Below, one piece after another: positions 56,640-64,000 of a stretch of 64,000 nucleotides of DNA. Made by a program: the position numbers and the translations under genes. The first letter of the stretch is position 1. Each line of letters starts with the position of its first letter. The stretch lies in assembly GCA_963784805.1 (NCBI GenBank), contig CAWASR010000030.1:9052-73051 (forward strand). The letters are read 5' to 3'. The notes below the pieces were generated by a model, which saw nothing but the letters and a program-made list of their open reading frames with translations, did not search any database and was not told the DNA's origin. The DNA comes from an uncultured Alphaproteobacteria bacterium. Its GTDB lineage: Bacteria > Pseudomonadota > Alphaproteobacteria > Rhizobiales > Beijerinckiaceae.

Positions 56640-57053
56640 ATGTGGCAGGAATTCAAACAATTCGCCATGAAGGGCAACGCTCTCGATCTCGCCGTCGGCG
56701 TGATCATCGGCGCGGCCTTCGGCAAGATCGTTGACGGTCTGGTCAACGACATCATCATGCCGATCATCGGCATTGCCGGAAAGGCCGACTTTTCCAACCA
56801 CTTCATTCCCCTTTCCAGCGCGGTGACCGCGACCAACCTCGCCGACGCGAGGAAACAGGGCGGCGTCTTCGCCTATGGCGACTTCATCACCATCCTCATC
56901 AATTTTCTCATCGTCGCGGCCGCGCTGTTCGCCGTCATCAAGGGAATCAACACCCTCAACAGGAAGCCGCCGGAGGCCCCCGCTCCTCCGGCGCCGCCCA
57001 GCCCCGAAGTCGCTCTTTTGACGGAAATCCGCGACGAGCTCGCCAAGCGTTGA
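56640..57053 (+). CDS. mscL: Large-conductance mechanosensitive channel
   Basis: [44 protein letters not shown].... Confidence 0.93.
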   Translation: MWQEFKQFAMKGNALDLAVGVIIGAAFGKIVDGLVNDIIMPIIGIAGKADFSNHFIPLSSAVTATNLADARKQGGVFAYGDFITILINFLIVAAALFAVIKGINTLNRKPPEAPAPPAPPSPEVALLTEIRDELAKR

Positions 57054-57293
57054 GGCGACCGCGATCGCGCGCGTCGTCCCGCCGCTACAGGACCAGCCGG
57101 CGCAGCCGCAATTCATTGGCGGCAAGACGCGCGTCCCCGATCGCGAATATGCGCCTCGTCGGGTCGATCCCCGGGAATCCCGGCGCCGGCCATCTGCGAC
57201 GCCGCAGCCGAGCAAGCCCAAGCGCTATCCGCGCCCATTGCGTCGCTCCTCATCTTCCGCAACGGCCGCGTTGCGCGCCATCGCTGCGGTCTC

Positions 57294-59684
57294 TTAGAGC
57301 CGCACCCAGCGCAACCTCAGCGCATTGCTGATGACGCTGACCGAGGACAGCGACATCGCGGCGGCGGCGATAACGGGCGACAACAGCAGGCCGAAGGCGG
57401 GGTAGAGGACGCCCGCGGCGATCGGCACACCCGCGGCGTTGTAAATGAAGGCGAAGAACAGGTTCTGCCGAATGTTGCTCATCGTCGCCTGCGAAAGCCG
57501 TCGCGCGATGACGATGCCTTGAAGATCGCCGCGCAGCAGGGTGACGCCGGCGCTCTCGATGGCGACATCCGCGCCGGTTCCCATCGCAACCCCGACATCG
57601 GCCGCCGCGAGCGCCGGCGCGTCGTTGACCCCGTCGCCCGCCATCGCGACGATGCGCCCCTGGCTGCGCAGCCGCTCGACCACCTTGCCTTTGTCCTGCG
57701 GCAGGATTTCCGCCTCGACTTCCGTGATGCCGAGTTTGTGCGCCACAGCCTCGGCGGTGGTCCGATTGTCGCCCGTCAGCATAACGACTCGAACGCCCGC
57801 CTGGCGAAGGGCGCGAACCGCTTCGGCGGTCGTCGCCTTGATCGGGTCGGCGATGGCGATCACGCCACAGGCCTTGCCGTCGAGAGCGGCGAAGATAGCG
57901 GTCGCGCCATCGTTGCGCAGTTCGTCCGCCGTCGCTTCGAGCGCCGCGACGTCAATTCCGGCCGCCCGCATGATCGCGCGATTGCCGATGACGACTTTGC
58001 GCCCGTCCACGATCCCGGACACGCCCTTGCCCGCCGGCGCATCGAAGTCCTCGACCTTCGCAGGCACGATTCCGCGCTCCTTCGCCGCGCGCGCGATCGC
58101 CGCCGCCAGCGGATGCTCGCTGCCTTGTTCGAGACTGGCGGCAAGCCGGAGCAATTCTCCTTCGCCGACGCCTTCGACGGGGCGCAACGCCACGACCTTC
58201 GGCTTGCCTTCCGTCAACGTCCCGGTCTTGTCGACGACCAGCGTGTCGATCTTTTCGAACCGCTCCAGCGCCTCGGCGTTCTTGATCAAGACGCCGGATT
58301 GCGCGCCGCGACCGACCCCGACCATGATCGACATCGGGGTGGCGAGGCCGAGCGCGCAGGGACAGGCGATCATCAGCACCGAGACCGCCGCCACCAGGCC
58401 ATAGGCGAAGCGCGGTTCGGGTCCGAACATCGCCCAGGCGATGAATGCGCAGATCGCCGTCGCGATCACTAGCGGGACGAACCAACCGGAAACCTGATCG
58501 GCAAGGCGCTGAATGGGGGCGCGGCTGCGCTGCGCCTCGGCGACCATTTGCACGATTTGCGCCAGCACCGTGTCGCGGCCGACCTTGTCGGCGCGCATCA
58601 CGAAGCTGCCGCTCTGGTTGATCGTGCCGCCGATCGCCCGGTCGCCGACGCTCTTGGTCACCGGCATCAATTCGCCGGTCACCATGGATTCGTCGACCGT
58701 GCCGCGGCCCTCCGTGAGTTCGCCGTCGACCGGGATCTTCTCGCCCGGCCGCACGCGCAGCCGGTCGCCGACAGCGACCGCTTCCAGGCCGATGTCCTCA
58801 TCCGCTCCATCAGTTCGGACGCGCCGCGCCGTCTTTGGGGCCAGATCGATCAACGCCCGAATGGCGCCGCCGGTCCGTTCGCGCGCGCGCAGCTCGAGCA
58901 CCTGCCCCAGCAGGACGAGGACGGTGATTACCGCCGCCGCTTCGAAATAGATCGCGACCGCGCCCCCGGCGCCGCGAAAAGCGGGCGGAAACAGGCCCGG
59001 CGCGACAGTCGCGACGATGCTATAGCTCCACGCCACGCCGATCCCCATGGCGATCAGCGTGAACATGTTGAGGTTGCGGGTCTTGAGCGACGCCCAGCCG
59101 CGCTCGAAGAACGGCCAGCCCGCCCACAGAACCACGGGAGTCGCGAGAGCCAGCTGAATCCAGTTTGAGACCCCGGAGGCGATCAGCGTATGTAGGTTGG
59201 TCAAGTGTCCGCCCATTTCCAGCGCGAACACCGGAACCGCGAGAGCGAGCCCAACCCAGAAGCGCCGGGTCATGTCGATGAGTTCGGCGCTTGGCCCCGT
59301 CGCCGCTGTCGCGACTTCCGGCTCCAGCGCCATGCCGCAGATCGGGCACGCGCCGGGTCCGGCCTGACGAATCTGCGGATGCATCGGACAAGTGTAAATC
59401 GCCCCCGCAGGCGGGGGCCTGGGCGGCGGCGAATCCGATTTGCTCGCCAAAAAGCGCGCCGGGTCGGCGACAAACTTCGTGCGGCAGCCGGCGGAGCAGA
59501 AATAGTAGCTCACTCCGGCATGCTCGGCTCGGTGTTTGGCGGACGCCGGATCGACGCTCATGCCGCAGACGGGGTCTTTCATCACATCAGCGTCCGCTGG
59601 CGCGGCCGCTTCCGCATGATGACGATGCGGGTGCGGATCGACGGCAACGCCTGCTGCCGTCGCCTTGTGTCCATCGTCCATCAT
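57294..59684 (-). CDS. copA: Copper-translocating P1B-type ATPase with His-rich / YHS(TRASH) / TCPMHP N-terminal metal-binding modules
   Basis: CPC in TM6, [18 protein letters not shown]. The N-terminus has [15 protein letters not shown]...[12 protein letters not shown], and [22 protein letters not shown]. No classical GMxCxxC HMA domain is seen. Confidence 0.93.
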   Translation of the reverse strand: MMDDGHKATAAGVAVDPHPHRHHAEAAAPADADVMKDPVCGMSVDPASAKHRAEHAGVSYYFCSAGCRTKFVADPARFLASKSDSPPPRPPPAGAIYTCPMHPQIRQAGPGACPICGMALEPEVATAATGPSAELIDMTRRFWVGLALAVPVFALEMGGHLTNLHTLIASGVSNWIQLALATPVVLWAGWPFFERGWASLKTRNLNMFTLIAMGIGVAWSYSIVATVAPGLFPPAFRGAGGAVAIYFEAAAVITVLVLLGQVLELRARERTGGAIRALIDLAPKTARRVRTDGADEDIGLEAVAVGDRLRVRPGEKIPVDGELTEGRGTVDESMVTGELMPVTKSVGDRAIGGTINQSGSFVMRADKVGRDTVLAQIVQMVAEAQRSRAPIQRLADQVSGWFVPLVIATAICAFIAWAMFGPEPRFAYGLVAAVSVLMIACPCALGLATPMSIMVGVGRGAQSGVLIKNAEALERFEKIDTLVVDKTGTLTEGKPKVVALRPVEGVGEGELLRLAASLEQGSEHPLAAAIARAAKERGIVPAKVEDFDAPAGKGVSGIVDGRKVVIGNRAIMRAAGIDVAALEATADELRNDGATAIFAALDGKACGVIAIADPIKATTAEAVRALRQAGVRVVMLTGDNRTTAEAVAHKLGITEVEAEILPQDKGKVVERLRSQGRIVAMAGDGVNDAPALAAADVGVAMGTGADVAIESAGVTLLRGDLQGIVIARRLSQATMSNIRQNLFFAFIYNAAGVPIAAGVLYPAFGLLLSPVIAAAAMSLSSVSVISNALRLRWVRL

Positions 59685-59770
59685 CTCTCTCCAAATCCAT
59701 CCGGCAAATGCTCACGCGTCGAAATCGCGGATCGCATTGTAACGGGCGCCAAACGCTGTCGCCGATGCGC

Positions 59771-61273
59771 TCAGGTGATTCCCTCGTAAGTGACGAACGA
59801 CATCATGCCGCTCACCATGTGGTAGAGGTTGTGGCAGTGGAACGCCCATTTGCCTGGGTTGTTGGCGTCGAACGCAATCGTCACGGATGACATCGGCGGC
59901 ACGGCGACCGTATCGCGCACCGCGCCCTGGAACGCGCGCCCATCGATGGCGATCACCTGGAAATGATGCCCATGCAGATGCATCGGGTGGGTCATCATCG
60001 ACATGTTGCTCATCGTGATTTCGACGCGCTCATCGGCTTTCACTTTGAGAGCGTCGCCGCCATCGATGCCCCATTCGTAGCTCGCCATATCGCCGACCAG
60101 AGTGACGTCGTAACTGCGATCGGGCTTCCGATCCGCCAAGGGACGGGCGGCGCTAAGCCGTCTTTCCAGTTCGAGATCGACGAGCGGCCCGTTGCGCGGC
60201 CCGACCGTCGAAATCCTTCCGATGTTCGACTTCGGCGTGGCGAGAACGATTCCCGACCGTTCGCGCGCGCCCTCTCGAAGCGCCAGGATCGGGAAAGCGC
60301 CGCCCTCCTTTGGCGCGGTGAGCCTGATATCGAGCCGCTGGCCCATTTCGATCGGGAACTGCGAGCCGGCGACGGGCGCGATGTCCTGCCCGTCAACGGC
60401 GATCAGCTCGCCGCGCAGACTGCCGGTATCGATTGTGAAGGCCGTCGCGCTCGCGGCGTTGATAATGCGCATGCGCACCCGGCCGTTCGCTTCGATGCGA
60501 ATGACCTCGGGATCGTCGAGCGTTCGGTCGTTGGCCAGATACGCGTCGTAATCGATGTCGTTGAGGTCCATTGTCCCCATGCCGCCCATGTCGTGGCCCG
60601 GCTTCACGCCGCCCACCATCCGGCGCATCTGGGCCATGTGCCTCATCGCGGCGGCATGGTTCATCCCGGCCGAATTCATGCCCGACATGTTCTTCCCACC
60701 CGCATTCGCGCCCGTGGAAGGGCCGCCCTTCTTGAGGCGCGCAAGAAGGTCTTCGGCCGGCGTGAACGAAAAATCATGAAGGAGCACGACGACTTCCTGT
60801 TCGTCCCTGGCGGCGTCGGCGGCCGCGTGGACAATCAAGGGAGCGGCGAGAAGATTCTGTTCCTGCAAAGTGTGGGCGTGCATCCAGTAGGTGCCAGGGT
60901 CGGCGACGGGAAATGCGTATATTCGCTTCTCCCCGGGCTTCATTAGCGGCGCGGGCACGTTGGGCACGCCGTCCAGCGGCCACGGCGGCAATAGCCCGTG
61001 CCAATGGATGATCGTCGGGTCGGATAATTCGTTGGTCAGGGCGACGTCGAAGCCTTGGCCTGGCTCAAGCGTCAGGCCGCGGGCGCCATTGTCGCGCACG
61101 AGGCCGAAGACCCCGGCCGGCTTGCCATTGACGTCGAGTGTCCGCTTTACGGCCTTGAGCGCCGTCGGCGTTTGAGTGACGGGTCCAGCTGACTGAGCCC
61201 ATGCAGCCGCGCCAACCGATGATGTGGCGGCGATACTGGCCGTCGCGCGGATGAGAAACTCCCGGCGGTCCAT
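59771..61273 (-). CDS. Tat-exported multicopper oxidase (CopA/PcoA-like) with a Met-rich insert
   Basis: ATG 61273. MDRREFLIRATA twin-arginine signal. Cu ligands HWHG, WMHAH, HPMHLHGH, HCHNLYHMVSGMM. Met-rich segment NMSGMNSAGMNHAAAMRHMAQMRRM. Confidence 0.9.
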   Translation of the reverse strand: MDRREFLIRATASIAATSSVGAAAWAQSAGPVTQTPTALKAVKRTLDVNGKPAGVFGLVRDNGARGLTLEPGQGFDVALTNELSDPTIIHWHGLLPPWPLDGVPNVPAPLMKPGEKRIYAFPVADPGTYWMHAHTLQEQNLLAAPLIVHAAADAARDEQEVVVLLHDFSFTPAEDLLARLKKGGPSTGANAGGKNMSGMNSAGMNHAAAMRHMAQMRRMVGGVKPGHDMGGMGTMDLNDIDYDAYLANDRTLDDPEVIRIEANGRVRMRIINAASATAFTIDTGSLRGELIAVDGQDIAPVAGSQFPIEMGQRLDIRLTAPKEGGAFPILALREGARERSGIVLATPKSNIGRISTVGPRNGPLVDLELERRLSAARPLADRKPDRSYDVTLVGDMASYEWGIDGGDALKVKADERVEITMSNMSMMTHPMHLHGHHFQVIAIDGRAFQGAVRDTVAVPPMSSVTIAFDANNPGKWAFHCHNLYHMVSGMMSFVTYEGIT

Positions 61274-61364
61274 GGCGGTTCCTTCAGACTGACCGAGGGA
61301 GGGATGACGATGCGCCCGCAAAGCCGACATCGGTCGCTCGATCTTGCGTTCGCATGTCAGACCG

Positions 61365-61394
61365 CCTAAACCCTCCCATGATGGGAAGGTCAAG
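61365..61394 (-). promoter_or_regulatory. CueR/MerR-type promoter-operator (19-bp spacer) driving the multicopper oxidase-copA unit
   Basis: The minus strand reads cTTGACCTTCCCATCATGGGAGGGTTTAGg. It has a TTGACC -35 element, the dyad ACCTTCCC-atcat-GGGAGGGT, and a TTTAGG -10 region. It is very close to E. coli PcopA TTGACCTTCCCCTTGCTGGAAGGTTTAAC (from memory). It lies between the divergent cueR and oxidase genes. Confidence 0.7.
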
Positions 61395-61406
61395 AGGTTT
61401 TGTGTG

Positions 61407-61793
61407 ATGAATATTGGCGCCGCATCCGCCGCCACAGGCATAAATGCGAAAATGATCCGCCACTACGAGGCGATCGGTCTGTTGCCGCCCCCTGCGCGCC
61501 ATGAAAACAGCTATCGGGACTATGGCGAGTTTGAAGTTCACGAATTGCGTTTCATCAAACGTGCGCGAAAGCTGGGTTTTTCGATTTCGGAAATTGGCCT
61601 GTTGCTCGCCCTCTGGCGCGATAAGGGCCGGCCGAGCCGAGAGGTCCAGCGCATTGCGAACTCCCATCTCGCTGATCTCGAAGTTCGAATTGCCGAAATG
61701 CAGGCGATGGCGGGGACTTTGCGCGAGCTCGTGCATGCCTGCCACGGCGACGACCGGCCAGACTGCCCGATCCTCGACGACCTCGCGCTCTAG
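61407..61793 (+). CDS. cueR: Cu(I)-responsive MerR-family regulator (CueR/HmrR)
   Basis: MNIGAASAATGINAKMIRHYEAIGLLPP.... C-terminal metal loop ...ACHGDDRPDCPI with two Cys. Confidence 0.88.
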   Translation: MNIGAASAATGINAKMIRHYEAIGLLPPPARHENSYRDYGEFEVHELRFIKRARKLGFSISEIGLLLALWRDKGRPSREVQRIANSHLADLEVRIAEMQAMAGTLRELVHACHGDDRPDCPILDDLAL

Positions 61794-61886
61794 GCGGGCG
61801 CGCCTTGAGCACACGCCCGAGGAGAACCCACCTCGCCGTTCCAGCCGCCCCTTGCGCGCGCCGGCGCGCTGCTCCATGAGGCGGCG

Positions 61887-63086
61887 ATGAACGTCGCCTC
61901 GCCCCCCGCGCCCGACTGGCTCAGCCACATCCGTCCCGCGATGCGCGACGTTTCGCCAAGCGGCATCGTCGAAGTGTTCAACTATGGCCGCGGCCGGCAA
62001 GGGCTGATCCCGCTCTGGGTCGGCGAGGGCGATCTGCCGACCCCGCCTTTCATCAGCGCGGCGGCCAAGGCCTCGCTCGACCGAGGCGAGACCTTCTACA
62101 CTGCCCAGCGCGGGGTCCCCGAATTGCGCGAGGCGATCGCAGTCTATTTGACGCGGGTCTATGGGGCGGCCCCGGACGGCAAAGCCTTTTCGCCCGAGAA
62201 TGTCTTCGTCACTGTCGGTGGAATGCATGCGATCGAGATCGCGACCCGGCTCGTCGCCGGTCCCGGCGACGAAGCGCTGATCCCCTCGCCCGCGTGGCCC
62301 AACTTTGTCGGCGCGCTGGAAATCTCGGGCGCGCGCGCCGTGTCCGTCCCGCTCGAAGCTGCGGGCCGCTGGAGGCTCGATCCGGAAAGACTGGCGGCGG
62401 CGATCACCCCCGCGACACGCCTCATTTTTCTCAACTCCCCCGCCAACCCGACTGGCTTCATCGCCACGCGCGAAGAGATCGTCGCCACGCTGGAGATCGC
62501 GCGCCGGCATGGGCTGTGGATCATCGCCGACGAGATCTACGGCCGCATCACCTATCACGGCGTCCGCGCGCCCTCGTTCCACGACGTGATGGCGCCGGAC
62601 GACAAGATCATGTTCGTTCAGACGCTGTCGAAGAACTGGGCGATGACCGGCTTCCGGGTCGGTTGGCTGGAGGCGCCCGCGGCGCTGGGCGCGGCGATCG
62701 AGAATCTGATCCAGTTCACGACCTCGGGCGTTCCAGTCTTCAATCAGCGCGCCGCGACGGTGGCGCTCGAGGAGGGCGAGGCGTTTCTCGCCGGCAACAT
62801 CGAGCGCTGCCGTCAGTCACGCGACATTCTTTGCGAAGGGCTGGCCGCGACAGGCCGGGTGCGCTTCTTTGCGCCCGAGGCGGCGTTCTACCTGTTCTGC
62901 GCCGTCGACGGCTTTCCCGACTCTCGCGCCCTCGCGCTTCGCCTGATCGACGAGGCGGGAGTCGGCGCGGCTCCCGGCGCCGCCTTTGGCCCCGGCGGCG
63001 AGGGGTATCTTCGCCTGTGCTTCGCCCGCGATCCGGCTCAAATCGCCGAGGCGACGCGGCGGATGGCGCGGTGGCTCAAGGCGTAA
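61887..63086 (+). CDS. Class I/II pyridoxal-phosphate-dependent aminotransferase (aspartate/aromatic aminotransferase-like)
   Basis: ...NSPANPTG..., PLP-lysine motif LSKNWAMTGFRVGW. 399 aa. Confidence 0.85.
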   Translation: MNVASPPAPDWLSHIRPAMRDVSPSGIVEVFNYGRGRQGLIPLWVGEGDLPTPPFISAAAKASLDRGETFYTAQRGVPELREAIAVYLTRVYGAAPDGKAFSPENVFVTVGGMHAIEIATRLVAGPGDEALIPSPAWPNFVGALEISGARAVSVPLEAAGRWRLDPERLAAAITPATRLIFLNSPANPTGFIATREEIVATLEIARRHGLWIIADEIYGRITYHGVRAPSFHDVMAPDDKIMFVQTLSKNWAMTGFRVGWLEAPAALGAAIENLIQFTTSGVPVFNQRAATVALEEGEAFLAGNIERCRQSRDILCEGLAATGRVRFFAPEAAFYLFCAVDGFPDSRALALRLIDEAGVGAAPGAAFGPGGEGYLRLCFARDPAQIAEATRRMARWLKA

Positions 63087-63252
63087 AGCCCGTTTGGACC
63101 GGCAGCCGAATGAAGACCGCGTCCGGCTCGCGTCGCCGACCGCAGGCGCCGTTCGCTATCGCCTGCCGCCCGCTCCCGGTCTTCTGAGTCCGTTGGCCTC
63201 TGGCGGTCGGGCGGGCTCGGCTTTAAATGCTGTCGACAGTCAGGAGATGGTC

Positions 63253-64000
63253 ATGCTCGCTCGCCCGCGCCGCAGCGTCCTCTATATGCCCGGCTCCAAC
63301 GCCAGGGCCCTGGCGAAGGCTTCGAGCCTGGCAGCCGACGCGCTGATCCTCGACCTCGAGGATTCCGTTGCGCCCGACGCGAAAGAGGCGGCCCGCCTGC
63401 AAGTGGTCGAGGCGGTCCGCGCCGACAATTTTGGCGCGCGGGAAATCGTTATCCGGGTCAACGGGCCCCACACGCCATGGGGACCGGACGATCTGACCGC
63501 CGCCATCGCAGCCGCTCCCGACGCCATCCTTTTACCCAAGGTCGACGGCCCCGGCGCGATCATGGTCGCCGCCCGATCGATGCGCGAGGGCGGCGCGCCC
63601 GACAAGACCCGCCTGTGGGCGATGATGGAGACGCCCAACGCCATTTTGAACGCGGGGTCAATTGCGGCGGTGGCGGCAAACTCAGCCTCGCGTCTGGCCG
63701 TGCTGGTCATGGGCCTCAACGATCTCGCCAAGGAGACGCGGGCGCGGCTGACGCCCGGGCGTCCCGCCATGACGGCCTGGCTCGCCAATTGCGTCGTCGC
63801 CGCGCGCGCCCACGGCGTTGACATCGTCGATGGGGTCTATAACGACATCAAGGACCTCGACGGCTTTCGCGCCGAATGCCTGCAGGGCCGCGACATGGGG
63901 CTCGACGGCAAGACTCTCATCCATCCGGGCCAGATCGACGTCTGCAACGAGGTCTTCGCCCCGACGCCGGCGGAGATCGACGGCGCTCGCGCGATCATCG
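63253..64000 (+). CDS. HpcH/HpaI aldolase - citrate lyase beta (CitE)/malyl-CoA lyase-family protein, 3'-truncated by the window end
   Basis: Not in the ORF track because there is no stop codon in the window. CAGGAG lies 6 nt before ATG 63253. MLARPRRSVLYMPGSNARALAKASSLAADALILDLEDSVAPDAK...LLPKVDGP...WAMMETP... Confidence 0.8.
   Translation, partial: MLARPRRSVLYMPGSNARALAKASSLAADALILDLEDSVAPDAKEAARLQVVEAVRADNFGAREIVIRVNGPHTPWGPDDLTAAIAAAPDAILLPKVDGPGAIMVAARSMREGGAPDKTRLWAMMETPNAILNAGSIAAVAANSASRLAVLVMGLNDLAKETRARLTPGRPAMTAWLANCVVAARAHGVDIVDGVYNDIKDLDGFRAECLQGRDMGLDGKTLIHPGQIDVCNEVFAPTPAEIDGARAII

Overview
High-GC chromosomal segment (third codon positions almost all G/C, many long mirror-image ORFs) whose gene content points to an alphaproteobacterial, Rhizobiales-type methylotroph or methanotroph (inference). 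The core is C1 metabolism. A nearly complete tetrahydromethanopterin (H4MPT)-linked formaldehyde oxidation island is split into two blocks. Block 1 (12.3-18.7 kb) holds a pterin dehydratase, a HisA/F-like protein, DUF447, a DHPS-like protein, afpA, an amino-acid-kinase-like protein and an orf9-like protein. Block 2 (26.9-40.7 kb) holds mtdB, mptG, fhcBADC, an ATP-grasp protein, mch, a RimK-like ligase, a CitG-like protein and fae. Between the blocks lies a lanthanide-type xoxF-xoxG-xoxJ methanol dehydrogenase operon with 'quinoprotein relay' accessory genes: a SoxYZ-like carrier, an MBL hydrolase and a CXXCW protein. The flanks are housekeeping or accessory: sensor kinase, ppk2, fmt, purD, a TetR-EmrAB-type efflux unit, dapB, pyrF, dnaKJ, mscL, a CueR-controlled multicopper-oxidase/CopA copper module, an aminotransferase and a partial CitE-like lyase. 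Features not visible in the ORF track: a 25-codon orphan pqqA (13222-13299, minus); a 282-bp MITE with 24-bp inverted repeats and an 8-bp target duplication; a strong intra-operon terminator between xoxF and xoxG; a 4 x 21-bp tandem repeat; a degenerate transposase relic; a CueR-type and a sigma32-type promoter; and TetR operator palindromes. Four conserved genes (fhcD, xoxJ, the DUF447 gene and probably the first histidine kinase) are each out of frame by one base as sequenced. I found no rRNA, tRNA or CRISPR array. I see no clearly new multi-gene system; the least understood parts are the quinoprotein-relay genes, the uncharacterised H4MPT-island genes, and the secreted pentapeptide-repeat/small-Cys-protein module.
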